Both the position numbers and the translations under genes were made by a program. Under the pieces are notes generated by a model, which was given only the letters and a program-made list of their open reading frames with translations, ran no database searches and had not been told where the DNA came from. Of a DNA stretch of 64,000 nt, positions 1 to 10,761 are shown one piece after another (within the stretch, counting starts at the first letter, position 1; every line of letters begins with the position of its first letter). This DNA is from Deltaproteobacteria bacterium (GTDB taxonomy: Bacteria; Desulfobacterota; Desulfuromonadia; Desulfuromonadales; JAAYDE01): contig JAFGOW010000217.1 in the NCBI GenBank assembly GCA_016926265.1, positions 11,944-75,943 of the forward strand. Direction: 5' to 3'.

Positions 1-508
1 CGTCGAGGAGATCGATCTTGGTCAGCAGCACGAGGTCGGCCGCTCTGAAAACGGTGGGGTATTTGGCCACCTTGTCATCTCCCTCGGGAATGCTCAAAAG
101 GATCACCTTGAGGTTTTCCCCCAGGTCGAATTCACCGGGGCAGACCAGGTTGCCGACGTTTTCGATGAAAAGGAAGGAGGCCTGCTCAAGATCGAGAGCG
201 GGTAGACTGGAGGCAATCTGGTTGGCGTAAAGATGGCAACTCATGCCGGTGTTGATCTGGGTGACCTGAAAAGCCCGGTCCGCGACACGTTCGGCATCGC
301 GGCTGGTTTGGAGGTCGCCGACGATGACGATGGAAGGGTCCCGACCGGAAAGGGCCGCCAGGGTTTTTTCCAGCAGGGTGGTTTTGCCGCTTCCCGGAGA
401 GCTGATGAGATTGATGGCAAGAATCCCGGCTTCCCGAAAGGCCTGGCGGTTTTTTTCGGCGACGAGGTCGTTGGCTTTCAAAACATTTTTTACCACATTG
501 ATTTTCAT
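1..508 (-). CDS. hypB: Hydrogenase nickel-incorporation GTPase HypB (3' end outside window)
   Basis: Not in ORF track because it runs off the window edge. Manual minus-strand translation from ATG at 508-506 gives MKINVVKNVLKANDLVAEKNRQAFREAGILAINLISSPGSGKTTLLEKT...FIENVGNLVCPGEFDL. It has the P-loop GSGKT and the ENVGNLVCP motif typical of HypB/UreG GTPases. Lies 24 nt downstream of hypA. Confidence 0.9.
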   Translation of the reverse strand, partial: MKINVVKNVLKANDLVAEKNRQAFREAGILAINLISSPGSGKTTLLEKTLAALSGRDPSIVIVGDLQTSRDAERVADRAFQVTQINTGMSCHLYANQIASSLPALDLEQASFLFIENVGNLVCPGEFDLGENLKVILLSIPEGDDKVAKYPTVFRAADLVLLTKIDLLD

Positions 509-532
509 CCCAAAAAACTCCTTTTTTCTATA

Positions 533-880
533 TTATGGGGTGGCGCAGGTGAGAGAACTGAGGATGAGTTCGTCCCCTTGAAGCGTGATCATGGATAGGG
601 CTCCACAGTAAGGGCATAAGAAATCGCTGGGGGATGGGACGAACTCTTGGCCGCAACCCTGGCACAGGGAGCGGGGCGGAATCTCAATCTGGGTCAGCAC
701 CGCTCCTTCGGCCGGGGTTCCGATGGCGACTGCCTTGAAGGCTTCGGCCAGAATCTCGGGGACGACCTGTTTAAGTGCCCCCACGTGCAGTTCGACCGCC
801 TCCACCCGGATCGCCTGGTGTTCCTGTGCGATCCGTACTATATCTTCGATGAGGGCCGCGGCCAGTGACATTTCATGCAT
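533..880 (-). CDS. hypA: Hydrogenase maturation nickel metallochaperone HypA
   Basis: Internal start MHEMSLAAALIEDIVRIAQEH (classic HypA MHE N-terminus) within ORF 533..1258. C-terminal zinc site CQGCG...CPYCG. The upstream 126 codons of the ORF overlap yicC and look like non-coding read-through. Confidence 0.9.
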   Translation of the reverse strand: MHEMSLAAALIEDIVRIAQEHQAIRVEAVELHVGALKQVVPEILAEAFKAVAIGTPAEGAVLTQIEIPPRSLCQGCGQEFVPSPSDFLCPYCGALSMITLQGDELILSSLTCATP

Positions 881-1021
881 TGGGAAAGGGTTTCTCCTTT
901 GGTTTCGGTTTGAAGTGATTTTTATGCTATCACGAATTTTTCTTTTAAGGAATTCTCCGGGAGTCGCTGTTCGACCAGGGAGCGCCGCGGGCTTTTTCAT
1001 TATTGTGAGGGAAACAACCCC

Positions 1022-1900
1022 ATGATCAGCAGCATGACAGGGTATGGAAAGGGCAATGCCGCCTTGGGGGCGGTAACCATTCAGGTCGAGATCAAGACCC
1101 TCAACCACCGCTTTTGCGATGTCTCGGTCAAGGCGCCGCGTGGCCTGCTGTGGCTTGAAAACGACCTTCGGAGGAAGGTCAGCGAGACGTTGCTTCGGGG
1201 CAAAGCCGATGTTTTCATCAGCCAGGAATTCGCCGGCGGCGGGGAATCGCTCCCGCAATGGAACCGGGCCCTGGCTTGCCGCTATATGGAAATCTTTTCC
1301 GAAATGAAAAAGGAGTTCCGGCTTGAGGGCGAAATACCCTTGTCACTGCTGGCCGCCCAGAAAGATATTATCCTTTTGGAGTCTGCTCTGGTTGATACCC
1401 AGGAAATGAAGACAGGGGTTGGAATCGCCCTTGAGCAGGCCTTGGCCGCTGTTCAGAATATGCGCCGCACGGAAGGGGCGGCCTTGAGCGTCGATCTGTG
1501 GCAACGGCTGGATGCGCTTAAAGGATTTGTTGATCTTGTCGCTGAAAAGGCGCCGCTGGTTCCCGGCGAATGGCGCCAAAAGCTGCTGGAACGGTTGCAG
1601 CGGCTCGCCGCCGATCTGGATTACGATCCCCAACGGGCCGCTCAGGAGGTGGCACTGTTTGCCGACCGCTGCGATATCAGCGAGGAGATTTCCCGGCTGC
1701 GGAGCCATTTTTCCCAGTTTTCGGCGCTTCTTGAAAGCAGTGAGGCGGTGGGCCGGCAACTCGATTTTTTGGTTCAGGAAATGGGGCGGGAAATCAACAC
1801 CATCGGTTCCAAGGGGAACGATTCCGATCTCAGCAGGCTGGTTGTTCTGGCCAAGGCGGAGCTGGAAAAAATCCGCGAACAGGTTCAGAATGTCGTTTAG
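1022..1900 (+). CDS. yicC: YicC-family stress-induced protein (putative endoribonuclease)
   Basis: N-terminus MISSMTGYGKG and C-terminal QEMGREINTIGSKGND motif typical of the YicC N-terminal/DUF1732 architecture. Conserved yicC-gmk-rpoZ-spoT neighbourhood. Confidence 0.85.
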   Translation: MISSMTGYGKGNAALGAVTIQVEIKTLNHRFCDVSVKAPRGLLWLENDLRRKVSETLLRGKADVFISQEFAGGGESLPQWNRALACRYMEIFSEMKKEFRLEGEIPLSLLAAQKDIILLESALVDTQEMKTGVGIALEQALAAVQNMRRTEGAALSVDLWQRLDALKGFVDLVAEKAPLVPGEWRQKLLERLQRLAADLDYDPQRAAQEVALFADRCDISEEISRLRSHFSQFSALLESSEAVGRQLDFLVQEMGREINTIGSKGNDSDLSRLVVLAKAELEKIREQVQNVV

Positions 1901-2047
1901 GCGGCCGCCGACCACCTGCGACCGTGCTCCGGATGCCGGCTCGGAAAGGTTTTTCAAAACTCCGCGCTTGGTTTAAGAACAGGAATTCTTTTTTTCGCAT
2001 ATTTTTGGAAGCCAGATTCTGGAACAGTTCCGGAGAAGTCCAAGACG

Positions 2048-2695
2048 ATGAACGGAATCGATGCCGAAACGTTGCGAGGGTCCATCCCTCACGGTACGCT
2101 GCTGGTGGTATCGGCTCCCTCCGGAGCGGGGAAGACCTCCCTGAGCCGGGCGTTGCTGAGCCTTTTCCCCGATCTGCGGCAATCGGTTTCCTTTACCACC
2201 CGGAGCCCGCGAGCCAAGGAAAAGGAAGGGGTCGATTACTATTTTATAGCGGGTCGGGAGTTCGATGAAATGGTAAGGCAAGGCGACCTGGCGGAATGGG
2301 CGGTTGTTCACGGCAATCGTTACGGGACCAGCAAGGCCACCCTTGACGCGGCGCTTCGCCAGGGGCAAGATATATTGCTCGACATCGATTGCCAGGGCGC
2401 CGCTCAACTCAAGGAATCCTGCCGGCAGGGGGTTTTCATTTTTATTCTCCCGCCCAGCCTGGAAGAGCTGAAAAAACGTCTCGAGAAGCGAAACACGGAT
2501 GCGGCCGCCGATGTGGAAATCCGGCTTCAGAACGCCCGCAGGGAGATTGCCGCGGCCTCCTGGTATGATTATATCGTGATCAACGATGACTTCGGGCGTG
2601 CCTTGGAAGAACTGAAGTCCATCGTGCTCTCCGAACGGTGCCGGGCCGCGAGGCGGTTCGGATTTGTAAAAAAATTTTTTCCAGGGGCGGACTGA
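2048..2695 (+). CDS. gmk: Guanylate kinase
   Basis: P-loop SAPSGAGKTSL and the TTRSPRAKEKEGVDYYF guanylate kinase signature. Confidence 0.95.
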   Translation: MNGIDAETLRGSIPHGTLLVVSAPSGAGKTSLSRALLSLFPDLRQSVSFTTRSPRAKEKEGVDYYFIAGREFDEMVRQGDLAEWAVVHGNRYGTSKATLDAALRQGQDILLDIDCQGAAQLKESCRQGVFIFILPPSLEELKKRLEKRNTDAAADVEIRLQNARREIAAASWYDYIVINDDFGRALEELKSIVLSERCRAARRFGFVKKFFPGAD

Positions 2696-2764
2696 CGGCG
2701 GACGCCGGCTTTCAGAAAACCCCCGGTCCGAATTAACCGATTGTTTCTATGGAGAAAAATTATC

Positions 2765-2983
2765 ATGGCAAGAATTACGGTTGAAGATTGCCTGCAGGTC
2801 ATTCCTAACCGGTTTCTTCTGGTGATGGTGGCGGCCAAACGCACCAAGCAACTCTACCGCCGCTCCCAGCCCCTGATCGAGAATGCCGCCAACAACAAAA
2901 AGGTGGTTCTTGCCTTGCGGGAAATCGCCGCCGATCAGATCACCTATCAGGTTCCCGCAGCCAAAGGCAACAGCGAATTTTAG
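2765..2983 (+). CDS. rpoZ: DNA-directed RNA polymerase subunit omega
   Basis: MARITVEDCLQVIPNRFLLVMVAAKRTKQL matches the RpoZ N-terminal signature. Start moved to the internal ATG of ORF 2741..2983. Confidence 0.9.
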   Translation: MARITVEDCLQVIPNRFLLVMVAAKRTKQLYRRSQPLIENAANNKKVVLALREIAADQITYQVPAAKGNSEF

Positions 2984-3236
2984 CCCGCCGTTCGTCAATG
3001 TCGGCCTGTTATCCGCACCGGCTCTTTTGCGGGGCAGGCGCATTCGACCTCACCGGATTTTCTCCGAATTGGGGGCCGGCGGCGTCCCGCGGATATGTCC
3101 CGGCACACCCGCGGCCCGAAGGGGGATCGCCGTTCCCGCATATTTTATTCCTCCGGGGTTGCAATTTCTCCTTTCTCCGATAATTTTTCTGAGGTTTATC
3201 CCCCGCTCCGACGGTTTTTGAGAGAAAAACGGCGCC

Positions 3237-5387
3237 ATGGTCCGTCTCAACGACATCCTGGAAGAGGTCCGTTCCGCCCACCCTGATGTAAATCTGGATC
3301 CGTTGGAAAAGGCTTACGTCTTTTCCGCCAAGGTCCACAAGGGAGAAGAGAACCTTTCCGGCGAACCCTATCTGAACCACCCTCTGGAGGTCGGCTATCT
3401 GCTGGCCAAGCTGAGGATGGATGTCGATACGGTGGTGACCGGGCTGCTGCATGACGTGCTGGAAGAAAACCTCTCCGATCGGAACACCGTCAAAGGGCTG
3501 TTCGGGGAAGGGATCGCCCAGCTGTTGGACGGCGTGACCCAGATCGGGAAGATGAGTTTCCGCAGCGCCGCCGAACGTCAGGCGGAAAACTTCCGGAAAA
3601 TGCTGCTTGCCACCGCCCGCGATGTCCGCGTCGTCATCGTCAAGTTGGCGGACCGTCTGGACGGCATGCGGCTTCTGCCCCGGCAGCCGGAGACGGTGCG
3701 GCGCCAGGTGGCCCAGGAAACCTTCGACATCTATGCTCCGTTAGCCAACCGGCTGGGGATCAGCTGGGTCAAGTGCGATCTCGAGGACTATTCTTTCCGT
3801 TTTCTGATGCCCGAGATCTATTATGATCTTGCCTCCAAAATCGCCAAAAAAAAGCGGGAGCGCGACGATTACATCCAGGAGGCGCGGACCAAAATCGAAC
3901 AAAAGCTGGCCGAACACGGCCTGTCGGGGAAAGTCACCGGGCGCGCCAAGCATCTCTATTCCATCTATCTCAAAATGGAACGGCAGGGGATCGATTTCGA
4001 TCAGGTCTACGATCTGGCCGCCTTTCGGGTCATCGTCCGGGAGCTGAGTGAATGCTACGCGGTGCTGGGGATCATCCATTCCACCTGGAAACCGATCCCC
4101 GGCCGCTTCAAAGATTACATCGCCATGCCCAAGGCCAACATGTACCAATCCCTCCACACCACGGTTATCGGGCCTTACGGCGAACGGATGGAGGTTCAGA
4201 TCCGCACCGACGACATGCACCGGGTCGCGGAAGAAGGGATCGCCGCCCACTGGCTCTATAAAGAAGGGCCCATGGCGGATATGCTGGGCCCCCGGGAAAA
4301 CCGGCAATTTGCCTGGCTCCGGCAGCTTTTGGAATGGCAACAGGAACTGACGGATTCGCGGGAATTCATGCGCTCGGTGAAGCTGGACCTGCTTTCCGAT
4401 TCGGTGTTTGTCTTTACGCCGCGGGGGGAGGTCAAGGAGCTGCCTCGGGGCGCTACCCCCATTGATTTTGCCTACACCGTCCATTCCCAGCTTGGGGATC
4501 ATTGCACCGGCGCCAAGGTGGACGGGCGCCTGGTGCCCCTGAGGACTGAACTGGCCAACGGCAACATCGTGGAAATTCTCTCCTCCCCCAATCAGACCCC
4601 CAGCAAAGACTGGCTCAACTTCGCCAAAACCACCAAGGCCCGCAACAAGATCCGGCAGTGGATCAAAACCGAGGAACGGGGAAAAAGTATCGAAATCGGG
4701 AAGGAACTGCTGGAGAAGGAATTGCGCAAGCATGGGCTGGGGCTGAAAAAAACTCTGGCCGGCGATGTTTTCCGAGAACTGATTTCCGATCTGGGGTTCC
4801 GGCAGGAGGAGGATATCCTGGCGGCTCTGGGGTATGGGAAGGTGACCCTGGGCCAGATCGTAAGCCGCGTTCTTCCCGAAGAAACCGGGTCCGAACCGGT
4901 TTCTTCGTTGCCTTCTCCGGTTTCGGGGAAAACCCGTCCCGCCCCTTCCTCGGCAATCCGGATACAGGGTGTCGACAACGTCATGTTCCGTTTCGCCAAA
5001 TGCTGTAACCCGCTGCCGGGCGACACGGCCATCGGTTTTATCACCCGGGGGCGGGGCATCACCGTCCATACCGCCGACTGCCCGCATCTTCTGGAGGAGG
5101 ACCCCGAACGGTGCGTGGAAGTCACTTGGGATGAGAAGGAGGGGGCCAGCCGTTCAATCAAAATCAGGGTTCTCTGCCGCGACCGGAAGGGGGTGCTGGC
5201 CGCCATCACCGGGGCCATTACCGACAGCGAGGCCAATATCCTCAGCGCCAACATCTCTTCGCGTGACGGTGACAAGGGGGACAACCTGTTCGAGATCGAG
5301 GTCAGCGACCTGAATCATCTCAACAAGGTCTTCAATGCCCTGATGCGAGTCAAGGATGTCTATCGGGTGGAGCGCGTCAGGACCTGA
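3237..5387 (+). CDS. relA: Bifunctional (p)ppGpp synthetase/hydrolase (RelA/SpoT homologue)
   Basis: 716 aa. HD hydrolase motifs (HPLEVGYLL, LLHDVLEE), synthetase motif (MYQSLHTTV, EVQIRT), TGS and C-terminal ACT-like region. Follows rpoZ as in many bacteria. Confidence 0.95.
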   Translation: MVRLNDILEEVRSAHPDVNLDPLEKAYVFSAKVHKGEENLSGEPYLNHPLEVGYLLAKLRMDVDTVVTGLLHDVLEENLSDRNTVKGLFGEGIAQLLDGVTQIGKMSFRSAAERQAENFRKMLLATARDVRVVIVKLADRLDGMRLLPRQPETVRRQVAQETFDIYAPLANRLGISWVKCDLEDYSFRFLMPEIYYDLASKIAKKKRERDDYIQEARTKIEQKLAEHGLSGKVTGRAKHLYSIYLKMERQGIDFDQVYDLAAFRVIVRELSECYAVLGIIHSTWKPIPGRFKDYIAMPKANMYQSLHTTVIGPYGERMEVQIRTDDMHRVAEEGIAAHWLYKEGPMADMLGPRENRQFAWLRQLLEWQQELTDSREFMRSVKLDLLSDSVFVFTPRGEVKELPRGATPIDFAYTVHSQLGDHCTGAKVDGRLVPLRTELANGNIVEILSSPNQTPSKDWLNFAKTTKARNKIRQWIKTEERGKSIEIGKELLEKELRKHGLGLKKTLAGDVFRELISDLGFRQEEDILAALGYGKVTLGQIVSRVLPEETGSEPVSSLPSPVSGKTRPAPSSAIRIQGVDNVMFRFAKCCNPLPGDTAIGFITRGRGITVHTADCPHLLEEDPERCVEVTWDEKEGASRSIKIRVLCRDRKGVLAAITGAITDSEANILSANISSRDGDKGDNLFEIEVSDLNHLNKVFNALMRVKDVYRVERVRT

Positions 5388-5544
5388 AAGGGCCGGTTCT
5401 CTTTGACGGGTTTGGCTGGGGGGTGCTTGGTTCCGGGCGCCGCGGGGGGGAACAATTGGGTGCCGGCACCGGGGGAAGATCAATCAACCCCCGGCGCTTG
5501 CACGATCGGTTTCGGAATTTGGAAAGCGGGGCTTTTCGGCGGCG

Positions 5545-5739
5545 TTATTTCACCGCTTTGGTCACGGCTCCGTCGCGGAGGCAGCGGGTGCAAATCGTTA
5601 TCGATTTGGTAGCCCCGCCGCTGAGGGTCTTTACCTTCTGCAGGTTGGGGAGCCAGGTTTTTTTGGTTTTGTTGTGAGCGTGACTGACCTTGTAACCGGT
5701 TGCAGGTTTTTTGCCGCAAATTTCGCAGGTACGGGACAT
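5545..5739 (-). CDS. rpmB: 50S ribosomal protein L28
   Basis: [34 protein letters not shown] is the L28 signature. Confidence 0.95.
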   Translation of the reverse strand: MSRTCEICGKKPATGYKVSHAHNKTKKTWLPNLQKVKTLSGGATKSITICTRCLRDGAVTKAVK

Positions 5740-5779
5740 TTCGAAGCCTCCTCGGAATTTTAACGAACTCGATCTTTTA

Positions 5780-6298
5780 TCATTCCTGTTTTGATTTTAC
5801 AAGGATTTTTTCTTTGAGGGCGGCGTTGTTCAGGAATTCCTCAAGGGCGGCCAGTTCCTCTTCGCTGAAAACGGGGATGCCCTCTCTTTTCAGAAGAGTG
5901 GCGGCAACCCCGCTTCCGGTTTGGATCCCCTGCCGGTCATGAACCCAGTGCGGCCCGCAACTGGGGCTCCTTTCCTTCATCAGCGCCAAGCGGCAGCCGT
6001 GATCCCGGGTAATGGCCAGAGCCGCATGAGCGCCGCGCAGAAAAGCGCCGGTCCGGTCCTGGCCCTGGTCGTCGAAAAGACGCCCGTTCCCGTTCAGGAC
6101 CCCGGTTCCATCTCCACAATCAAAACGGCATGGAGAACGGGGGGTTGAAAGCCCTCCCAGCTGTTCAGGGCAGACGGGAACCGGGGTAAAACCGTGGTCG
6201 CGGAGGAAGGCCAAGGCTTGCAGGTTGATCTTTGCGGTTCCGTCATAGCGGCAGCGGAAGCCGAGCAGACAGGCGCTGACCAAAATGGTTTCCGGCAT
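5780..6298 (-). CDS. DUF523-family protein (TudS-like putative thiouracil desulfidase)
   Basis: N-terminal [16 protein letters not shown] and later ERSPSCG cysteine motifs typical of DUF523. Confidence 0.75.
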   Translation of the reverse strand: MPETILVSACLLGFRCRYDGTAKINLQALAFLRDHGFTPVPVCPEQLGGLSTPRSPCRFDCGDGTGVLNGNGRLFDDQGQDRTGAFLRGAHAALAITRDHGCRLALMKERSPSCGPHWVHDRQGIQTGSGVAATLLKREGIPVFSEEELAALEEFLNNAALKEKILVKSKQE

Positions 6299-6332
6299 GG
6301 TAATGGAATCCCAAAGGGTACGGATGGGCGCC

Positions 6333-6959
6333 TTAGCCGGGCGCGGGCCGGATCAGCACCCGGCGACCCTCGATAACCAGCCTTTGCTGGGCGAACAACT
6401 GGATGGCTTTTGGATAGATGATATGCTCCTGCTCCTGAATCCGGCGCTGCAACGTCTCTTCGCTGTCATCCTCTGCCACCGGGACGACCGCTTGCAGGAT
6501 GATGGGGCCGCCGTCGACCTCTTCGGTGACGAAATGAACGGTGCAGCCTGTGAAGCGAACCCCAAATCGCAGCGCCTGCCTGGGGGCTTGGAGTCCAGGA
6601 AAAGAGGGCAGCAGGGCCGGGTGGACGTTCATGATGCGACCCTGAAAAGCCTGAATCAGAACCGGCGTCACGATGCGCATAAAACCGGCCAGGGCTACCA
6701 GATCGACCGCCGCCTCCCCGAGAGCCTCGGCCACCTGGGCATCGAAAGCCTCCCGGCTGGGGAGGAGGCGGTGGTCGATGTAGCGGCAGGGGATGCCCGC
6801 CCGCTGGCTGCGGGCAATGGCTCCGGCCAGGGGGTTGTTGGTGATGGTCAGGACCACCTGGCCGTCGATCCGGTTCTGACGGCAACCATCGAAAATGGCC
6901 TGCAGGTTGGTTCCCGAACCGGAAGCCAGAACTCCGATGCGGATCATGTCAGTCGTCAT
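6333..6959 (-). CDS. purN: Phosphoribosylglycinamide formyltransferase
   Basis: IGVLASGSGTNLQAI N-terminus and NVHPALLPSFPG catalytic motif. Downstream of purM. Confidence 0.92.
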   Translation of the reverse strand: MTTDMIRIGVLASGSGTNLQAIFDGCRQNRIDGQVVLTITNNPLAGAIARSQRAGIPCRYIDHRLLPSREAFDAQVAEALGEAAVDLVALAGFMRIVTPVLIQAFQGRIMNVHPALLPSFPGLQAPRQALRFGVRFTGCTVHFVTEEVDGGPIILQAVVPVAEDDSEETLQRRIQEQEHIIYPKAIQLFAQQRLVIEGRRVLIRPAPG

Positions 6960-7106
6960 CCGAGGGCCTGCACCTCTTTATCCCGTGGCGGGCAACAGGC
7001 TCCAGGCGGGTTTGCGAAATATCCGGGGGGAAAGGAACAATTTTTCAGCAGCGGTTTTTTTGGGGCAACCGGGTAAAGGGAACCAGGTCCGGACCGCAAG
7101 GCGGCA

Positions 7107-8165
7107 TCAAACGAAAACCACCTGCTCCTTTTTCTGTTTCCGGGCCCCGATGTCGCCAATCAGGAAGGCTTTTTCGTTGAGGCCCGGCAGTCGTTGGAGG
7201 ATGTCGTCGGCCTGTTCCTTGGGAACCACCAGCACCATGCCCACCCCCAGGTTGAAAACCCGGAGCATTTCCGGTTCTTCGATATTGCCCTCCGCGCGGA
7301 TCAATTCAAAGATGGGAGGGATCTCCCATGCGTTGCGGTGCAACTGGGCCAGGCAGTTTTTGGGAAGAATCCGGGGGATGTTTTCCACCAGGCCGCCGCC
7401 CGTGATGTGTGCCATCCCCTTGATGGAAAAGTCCCGCAACAGATTGAGGATGGTCTTGACGTAAATCCGGGTCGGTGTCAACAACTCCTCCCCGAGGGTT
7501 TTCCCCAGTTCCGGGATAGGGTCGTGAATCCGGTCCGGGTTCTCGGCGAGAAGGACCTTGCGAGCCAGGGAATAGCCGTTGGAATGAAGGCCGGTGGAGG
7601 CAATGCCGATGACCTTGTCCCCCACCTTGATGGCGGAGCCGTCGATGATCCGGGCATTGTCCACCACCCCCACCCCGAAGCCGGCCAGATCGTATTCTCC
7701 TTCGGCGTACATCCCCGGCATTTCGGCCGTCTCGCCGCCGATCAGGGCGCAACCGGCCTGGCAGCAGCCTTCGCTGATCCCTTTGAGGATCTGATAGGAC
7801 TTCTCGGGGGAAAGTTTGCCGCTGGCCAGGTAGTCGAGGAAAAATAGCGGCTCGGCCCCTTGAACGATGATATCGTTGACGCACATGGCCACCAGATCGA
7901 TGCCGACGGTGTCGTGGCGGTCCATCTGAAAGGCGATTTTAAGTTTGGTGCCGACCCCGTCGGTGGAGGAGACCAGGACGGGATTGGCGTATTTTTCCGC
8001 ATGGAGGGAGAACAGGCCGCCGAAACCGCCGATGTCGGTTTTCACCTCGGGGCGGGAAGTGGCTTTGACGAGGGGGCGGATCATGTTCACAAAACGGTTG
8101 CCGGCATCGATGTCAACGCCGGCGTCGCGATAGGTCATCTGGCTTTTCTTGGGCAAGGTCGTCAT
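7107..8165 (-). CDS. purM: Phosphoribosylformylglycinamidine cyclo-ligase (AIR synthetase)
   Basis: [23 protein letters not shown] aligns with the E. coli PurM N-terminus, and GGFGGLF is present. Start chosen at the internal ATG (8165) of ORF 7107..8207. Confidence 0.92.
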   Translation of the reverse strand: MTTLPKKSQMTYRDAGVDIDAGNRFVNMIRPLVKATSRPEVKTDIGGFGGLFSLHAEKYANPVLVSSTDGVGTKLKIAFQMDRHDTVGIDLVAMCVNDIIVQGAEPLFFLDYLASGKLSPEKSYQILKGISEGCCQAGCALIGGETAEMPGMYAEGEYDLAGFGVGVVDNARIIDGSAIKVGDKVIGIASTGLHSNGYSLARKVLLAENPDRIHDPIPELGKTLGEELLTPTRIYVKTILNLLRDFSIKGMAHITGGGLVENIPRILPKNCLAQLHRNAWEIPPIFELIRAEGNIEEPEMLRVFNLGVGMVLVVPKEQADDILQRLPGLNEKAFLIGDIGARKQKKEQVVFV

Positions 8166-8361
8166 TCCTCTGGCGAGATGGTTGGAGTCGGGATCACGAT
8201 ATAACAATACAGCTCGCCGTGGTTGTCAACAGCAAAGTCGATTTTGGTTTTCAGGCCGTTCCGGGTATCCGTCTTTACAGCCGCCATAGCTTGAATTATG
8301 ATGCCGAAAAGACGGCGGGACGGTTCTTTCCCCACGGTGGCTGTCGCGAGGTTCCGGGGAC

Positions 8362-8850
8362 ATGGTGGCTTTCCCTTCAGAAAAAATCGATGGTGATTTC
8401 TTGTCGCCGGCCACCCTCCGCCAGGCTTTCCCGGCGGATCTGCCCCTGCTGTCGGCGCTGGAACTCAAGTCGCAGCGCCATCCCTGGTCCGCCGAGCTGT
8501 TTCGAGGGGAATTTGAGAACCCCCATTCCCGCATCGAACTTCTGGCACTGGGGGGGGGAATTCTGGGCTATATCTGTTATCACTACCTGGCGGAAGAGGT
8601 CAGCATCATCAATCTGGCCACCTTGCCTGCTTTTCGGCGCCGAGGCGTGGCCCGGCGACTGCTTCGGAGCGCCCTTCATGGTTCCGGTCAGGAACCTGTC
8701 GAGCGGGCTTTTTTAGAGGTCCGGGCCGGCAACAACGCCGCCCTGGCCCTCTATGAATCCTTGGGTTTCCGGGTTGTCGGGCGCCGCAAAGGCTATTACC
8801 GCGATGGGGAAGACGCCCTGGTCATGGCGTGGACGCGGAACGCCGTTTGA
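8362..8850 (+). CDS. rimI: Ribosomal-protein-alanine N-acetyltransferase (GNAT)
   Basis: GNAT fold with acetyl-CoA motif RRRGVARRLL and NNAALALYESLGF. Confidence 0.8.
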   Translation: MVAFPSEKIDGDFLSPATLRQAFPADLPLLSALELKSQRHPWSAELFRGEFENPHSRIELLALGGGILGYICYHYLAEEVSIINLATLPAFRRRGVARRLLRSALHGSGQEPVERAFLEVRAGNNAALALYESLGFRVVGRRKGYYRDGEDALVMAWTRNAV

Positions 8851-8908
8851 GTTTTTAGCCGGGTTTTTGCTCCAGAGCGTTTACCGGTAGCACGCACGAG
8901 GAGGGGTC

Positions 8909-9733
8909 GTGAAGGATCTCCATACCAAGGTGATTTCCAACCAGGAACTGGCTCCTGGTTTTTTCCGGATGCGGGTGCTGGCGCCGGGATTCGGTGCACA
9001 GGTCCGTCCGGGACAGTTTGTCATGGTCCGGGTGCGGGAAGGAGCGACCCCTTTTTTGCGGCGCCCCTTCGGGGTGTTCCGAACCGGTTTTCTGCCCCCT
9101 GAATGCGACGGATTGCCGCCCAAGGAATATCTGGAGATCCTGTACAAGGTGGTCGGCCAGGGTACCGCTCTGATGGCGGCCCTCCATGGGGGAGACCCGC
9201 TTCAGGTGCTGGGCCCTTTGGGCGCCGGTTTTGATCTGCCGGCGGATGGCAAGGAGCTGATTCTGGTGGCCGGCGGGATCGGTGTCGCCCCGCTCTTTCT
9301 GCTTGGGCAAACCCTTGCCCCCCATCGTCCCGTCCGATTGCTGCTGGGAGCGCGCTGCCGCGACGAGGTGCTGGCGGTGACGGAATTCGAAAGAGCAGGG
9401 ATCGAGACCTATGTCGCCACCGATGACGGCAGTCTCGGGGAAAAAGGGCTGGTTACCCAGGTTCTCGAAACCTGTTTGAAGGGCAGCCCGTCCGCTGTGG
9501 TGGCGGCTTGCGGTCCGATATCCATGTTGAAAGAAACCAACAGAATTTGCAGTAGTTATGGGGTTTTTCTGCAAGTATCGCTTGAAGCTCTGATGGGGTG
9601 CGGTGTCGGGGCTTGTCTGGGGTGCGTCGTGAAGGGCAGGGGGCATACCGAACTGGCGCCGCGGCAACTGACCGTCTGTGAGGACGGGCCGGTGTTTCGC
9701 AGTGACGATATCGACTGGAGTCAATGGCCATGA
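8909..9733 (+). CDS. pyrK: Dihydroorotate dehydrogenase electron-transfer subunit
   Basis: FNR-like FAD/NAD domain (RRPFGVF, LILVAGGIGVAP) and C-terminal 2Fe-2S cysteines CGVGACLGCVV. Overlaps the pyrD start. Confidence 0.88.
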   Translation: MKDLHTKVISNQELAPGFFRMRVLAPGFGAQVRPGQFVMVRVREGATPFLRRPFGVFRTGFLPPECDGLPPKEYLEILYKVVGQGTALMAALHGGDPLQVLGPLGAGFDLPADGKELILVAGGIGVAPLFLLGQTLAPHRPVRLLLGARCRDEVLAVTEFERAGIETYVATDDGSLGEKGLVTQVLETCLKGSPSAVVAACGPISMLKETNRICSSYGVFLQVSLEALMGCGVGACLGCVVKGRGHTELAPRQLTVCEDGPVFRSDDIDWSQWP

Positions 9734-10713
9734 AAAAGAAAGAGGCGCCAGGACTGGGGAGCGAGCGGAATCCGTCTGCCGCCGGCAAGATCGGCGCGGC
9801 CCCCGATTTGTCGGTCACCATTGCCGGCCTCAAATTCCGCAATCCCGTGATGCCCGCATCCGGGACCTTTGGCTACGGAGAGGAATACGCGCCCTTGATC
9901 GACCTGGAACAAATCGGGGCGATCGTCACCAAGGGCCTGTCGCTGCGGCCCAAGGCCGGCAATCCGACTCCCCGCATCGCCGAAACGGTGGGAGGGATGT
10001 TGAACGCGGTGGGGCTCCAGAACGTCGGCGTGGATGCCTTCATCCAGGAAAAGCTTCCTTTCCTGTGCCGGATTCGGACCCCGGTCATCGTCAACTTTTT
10101 CGGCAATACTCTCGAAGAATACGGCGAAGTTGCCGGCCGCCTCGCCGATCTTGAAGGGGTGGCGGCCGTGGAGTGCAACATCTCCTGCCCCAACGTCAAA
10201 CAGGGAGGAATTGTCTTCGGGACCGATCCTCGGGCCGCGCATTCCGTGGTCTCTTTGGTCCGGAGACGGATCACCAAGCCTCTCATCGTCAAACTGACCC
10301 CCAATATCACCGACATCACCCTCATTGCGCAGGCCGTCGAAGAGGCCGGCGCCGATGCCGTCAGTTGCATCAACACCCTGACCGGGATGGCTATCGACGT
10401 CTTCAACCGCCGTCCCCGCCTGGCCAACATCACCGGCGGCCTGTCTGGGCCGGCCATAATGCCGGTTGCCTTGCGGATGGTCTACCAGGTGGCGCGCCAG
10501 GTCCGGATTCCGGTGATCGGCATCGGCGGCATCGCCAAAGCCGAAGACGCCCTTCAATTCCTGATCGCCGGCGCCAGCGCCGTTCAGGTCGGCTCGGCCA
10601 ATTTCGTCGATCCCCAGGCGATGGTTTCCATCGTCGCCGGGTTGGATGAATTCTGCCGGAACCAGGGGATCAACGCCGTGACGGAACTGATCGGCAGCCT
10701 GAAGACCGGTTAG
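9724..10713 (+). CDS. pyrD: Dihydroorotate dehydrogenase, class 1B catalytic subunit
   Basis: FRNPVMPASGTFGYG, NISCPNVKQGG, IGIGGI motifs. Paired with pyrK. Confidence 0.92.
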   Translation: MAMKKKEAPGLGSERNPSAAGKIGAAPDLSVTIAGLKFRNPVMPASGTFGYGEEYAPLIDLEQIGAIVTKGLSLRPKAGNPTPRIAETVGGMLNAVGLQNVGVDAFIQEKLPFLCRIRTPVIVNFFGNTLEEYGEVAGRLADLEGVAAVECNISCPNVKQGGIVFGTDPRAAHSVVSLVRRRITKPLIVKLTPNITDITLIAQAVEEAGADAVSCINTLTGMAIDVFNRRPRLANITGGLSGPAIMPVALRMVYQVARQVRIPVIGIGGIAKAEDALQFLIAGASAVQVGSANFVDPQAMVSIVAGLDEFCRNQGINAVTELIGSLKTG

Positions 10714-10761
10714 CCGGTCCTTGGGTTTTGATTCTCTTCCTTCCCACCAGGAAACTTTCCC

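Noticed and set aside
881-1258. 126-codon N-terminal extension of the hypA ORF
   Set aside because: HypA proteins begin with MHE, and the internal ATG at 880 gives a canonical 115-aa HypA. The extension overlaps the yicC start on the other strand and shows no homology.
3005-3020. DnaA-box-like TTATCCGCA in the 253-nt rpoZ-rel spacer
   Set aside because: It is a single copy with one mismatch. There is no cluster of boxes or AT-rich unwinding element, so there is no support for an origin.
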